Below the pieces are notes generated by a model. The model did no database searches. It worked only from the letters and a program-made list of their open reading frames with translations, and was not told the origin of the DNA. Source: Nemertoderma westbladi (taxonomy: Eukaryota > Animalia > Xenacoelomorpha). From it: a DNA stretch of 50,444 bases. The stretch is taken from assembly GCA_032718475.1 (NCBI GenBank), contig JAUCBJ010000436.1, positions 1 to 50,444 on the forward strand, in the 5' to 3' direction. Position numbers and translations under genes: made by a program. Shown here in pieces: positions 48,615 through 50,444 of this stretch. Each line of letters starts with the position of its first letter. Within the stretch, counting starts at the first letter, position 1.

Positions 48615-50216
48615 GTGAATCTATTTGGTCTGCATAATGTGGAGTCTGTACTCCCAGATATTCCCATTGGCGATATCTCCTTTGCAGAAGTGAAGGCTGC
48701 TGCAAAGAGCATTAAGACCAATCGTGCCAGTGGAGTAGATGGTGTTCCCCCTGAGGTCTTTAAAATACCTGAGTGTTTAAAGCTCATCTATCCCATCATA
48801 GTAGACATGTACCGAACAACAAGAGTCCCACAAGAAATGAAAACAAATAAGTTTGTGTCAGTTCCCAAGAAGGGCAACCTAACACTCTATGGTTCTTTTC
48901 GGGGAATCTCATTGATCTCAATTGCTGCAAAGCTATACAATAGGATTCTATTAAATCGCATCAGGGATCCCATTGAGAGACTGCTCCGTGGAAATCAGAA
49001 TGGGTTCCGTAAAGGTCGTGGGACCATGGAGCCCATTTTGGCACTTAGAAGGATAATTGAAGAATTATCAAAAAAGAAAGACAGGCATCTGGCTGTTATC
49101 TTTGTTGACTTCTTCAAGGCCTTTGATTCAGTCTCTCGCTCACGTATGTTCAGCATACTTTCATTATATGGGATTGATGAAATTATTGCAGCAATCAGAT
49201 CAGTATACGATGGTTCGACAACATTTGTGTCTACTGTTGACGGTGACACAGAACCATTTGAAGTGTTATGGGGCGTCCTCCAAGGAGACACACTTGCACC
49301 ATTCTTGTTCATTATTGTGGTTGACTATGTTCTACGCATGTCCTTAGATCATCATAATGATGATGGGGTGATGATAACTCCACCTACTGGCTCCAGAAGT
49401 CGAGGAAATCCTGCCAAGTACCTAACTGATCTAGACTTTGCTGATGACTTAGGAGTACTCTCAGAATCATTAGAGGGAGCCCAACGGCTCCTCAGCTCAT
49501 TAGAACATGCTGCTTCTAGTGTTGGTCTTTTTATTAACTCCAGAAAGACCAAAATTCTGACCGTTAACTTTGAAAGTCCTCAGCAAGTCTCTGATCGGAT
49601 GAGCATAAGCTCAAAGGATGGTATGCTTGAGCATGTGGACGACTTCTGTTACCTGGGATCATGGATCCGGAAGTCAGGTGAGGACCTTCGAATACGTAAG
49701 GGAAAGGCATGGGCAGCCTTGAATAGGCTTTCCAGGATTTGGAAGTCACCGAGAATTAATCGGAAACTTAAGGTCCGATTATTTAGAGCAGCAGTAGTTC
49801 CAGTACTCCTCTACGGGAGTCCATGCTGGGCTCTAACTGCTGAGGACACCAAATCTCTGGATGGCACATTCACAAGAATGCTACGCCGGGTTCATTGTGT
49901 CAAGTACAATGCACACATCTCCAACCAGACACTATATAACATTGGAGGTTTCTCATTGGTTCCCCCAAGCTTGACACTAGAACAAAATCGCCTCCGCTTT
50001 GCAGGACATTGCTTTCGCCGTGAGGACCAGCCAGTGCATAATCTTGTACTTTGGCAGCCTCATGGAGTGAATAAGCATGGTGGACAGCCCATGACTTTCT
50101 TGAGACGCATCTTAAAGGACACTGGCCTTAAAGATGCGGATGATCTAGCAAATGTCATGGGTGATAGGGAGTTGTGGCGGTGCAATTTTGTTGACAAGCC
50201 GGCACAGCATTCTTAA
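48615..50216 (+). CDS. RTE-like LINE reverse transcriptase, uninterrupted 533 codons, 5'-truncated (no endonuclease)
   Basis: ASGVDGVPPE, VPKKG, FRGISL, QNGFRKGR, FVDFFKAFDSV, GVLQGDTLAP, LDFADD, FCYLGS and RLRFAGHCFR. Confidence 0.92.
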   Translation: MNLFGLHNVESVLPDIPIGDISFAEVKAAAKSIKTNRASGVDGVPPEVFKIPECLKLIYPIIVDMYRTTRVPQEMKTNKFVSVPKKGNLTLYGSFRGISLISIAAKLYNRILLNRIRDPIERLLRGNQNGFRKGRGTMEPILALRRIIEELSKKKDRHLAVIFVDFFKAFDSVSRSRMFSILSLYGIDEIIAAIRSVYDGSTTFVSTVDGDTEPFEVLWGVLQGDTLAPFLFIIVVDYVLRMSLDHHNDDGVMITPPTGSRSRGNPAKYLTDLDFADDLGVLSESLEGAQRLLSSLEHAASSVGLFINSRKTKILTVNFESPQQVSDRMSISSKDGMLEHVDDFCYLGSWIRKSGEDLRIRKGKAWAALNRLSRIWKSPRINRKLKVRLFRAAVVPVLLYGSPCWALTAEDTKSLDGTFTRMLRRVHCVKYNAHISNQTLYNIGGFSLVPPSLTLEQNRLRFAGHCFRREDQPVHNLVLWQPHGVNKHGGQPMTFLRRILKDTGLKDADDLANVMGDRELWRCNFVDKPAQHS

Positions 50217-50444
50217 AAATGCAGCTGCAATGCAGCATGCCGATCCTAGTAGGAGAAGTGAATGGAAAATTAACACCTCAATTTTATCTGGATTCAGCTT
50301 TAAGAAGTGTGTTCATCCATCACTGCATGTCACACATACATTCCTCACCAACATCCACAGCAGGTAATATACATGATGGCTCAAGGGATATATATAGCTT
50401 TGTGTCGTCAGCATGTAAATGGTAACATAACCATACTTCTTTGC

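Overview
AT-rich eukaryotic DNA, most likely from an invertebrate animal, made up mostly of transposable elements. The only convincing host gene is an intronless MFS transporter (SLC18B1-like, 43670-44980). The main structure is a three-level nest with readable termini. The outer layer is a 15.3 kb P/Galileo-like element (5365-20710, CATG ends, 7-bp TSD). Inside it is a minus-strand APE-type LINE (about 5911-18367), whose ORF2 is split by two DNA transposons. One is a PIF/Harbinger element (6389-9925). The other is a 5972-bp IS3EU-like element (10449-16420, TAT..ATA ends, 6-bp TSD) with an intact integrase-fold transposase and a convergent, now broken, HECT E3 ubiquitin-ligase gene. A related THAP-encoding, internally deleted P-like element lies at 26535-28901. 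The rest holds decayed pogo, CRE, hAT-like (with PHD fingers), piggyBac, Ty3/Gypsy, RTE, CR1 and L2 sequences, plus MITE-like and palindromic repeats and local duplications. Family names come from motifs recognised by eye. No database search was run, and the boundaries of decayed elements are approximate.
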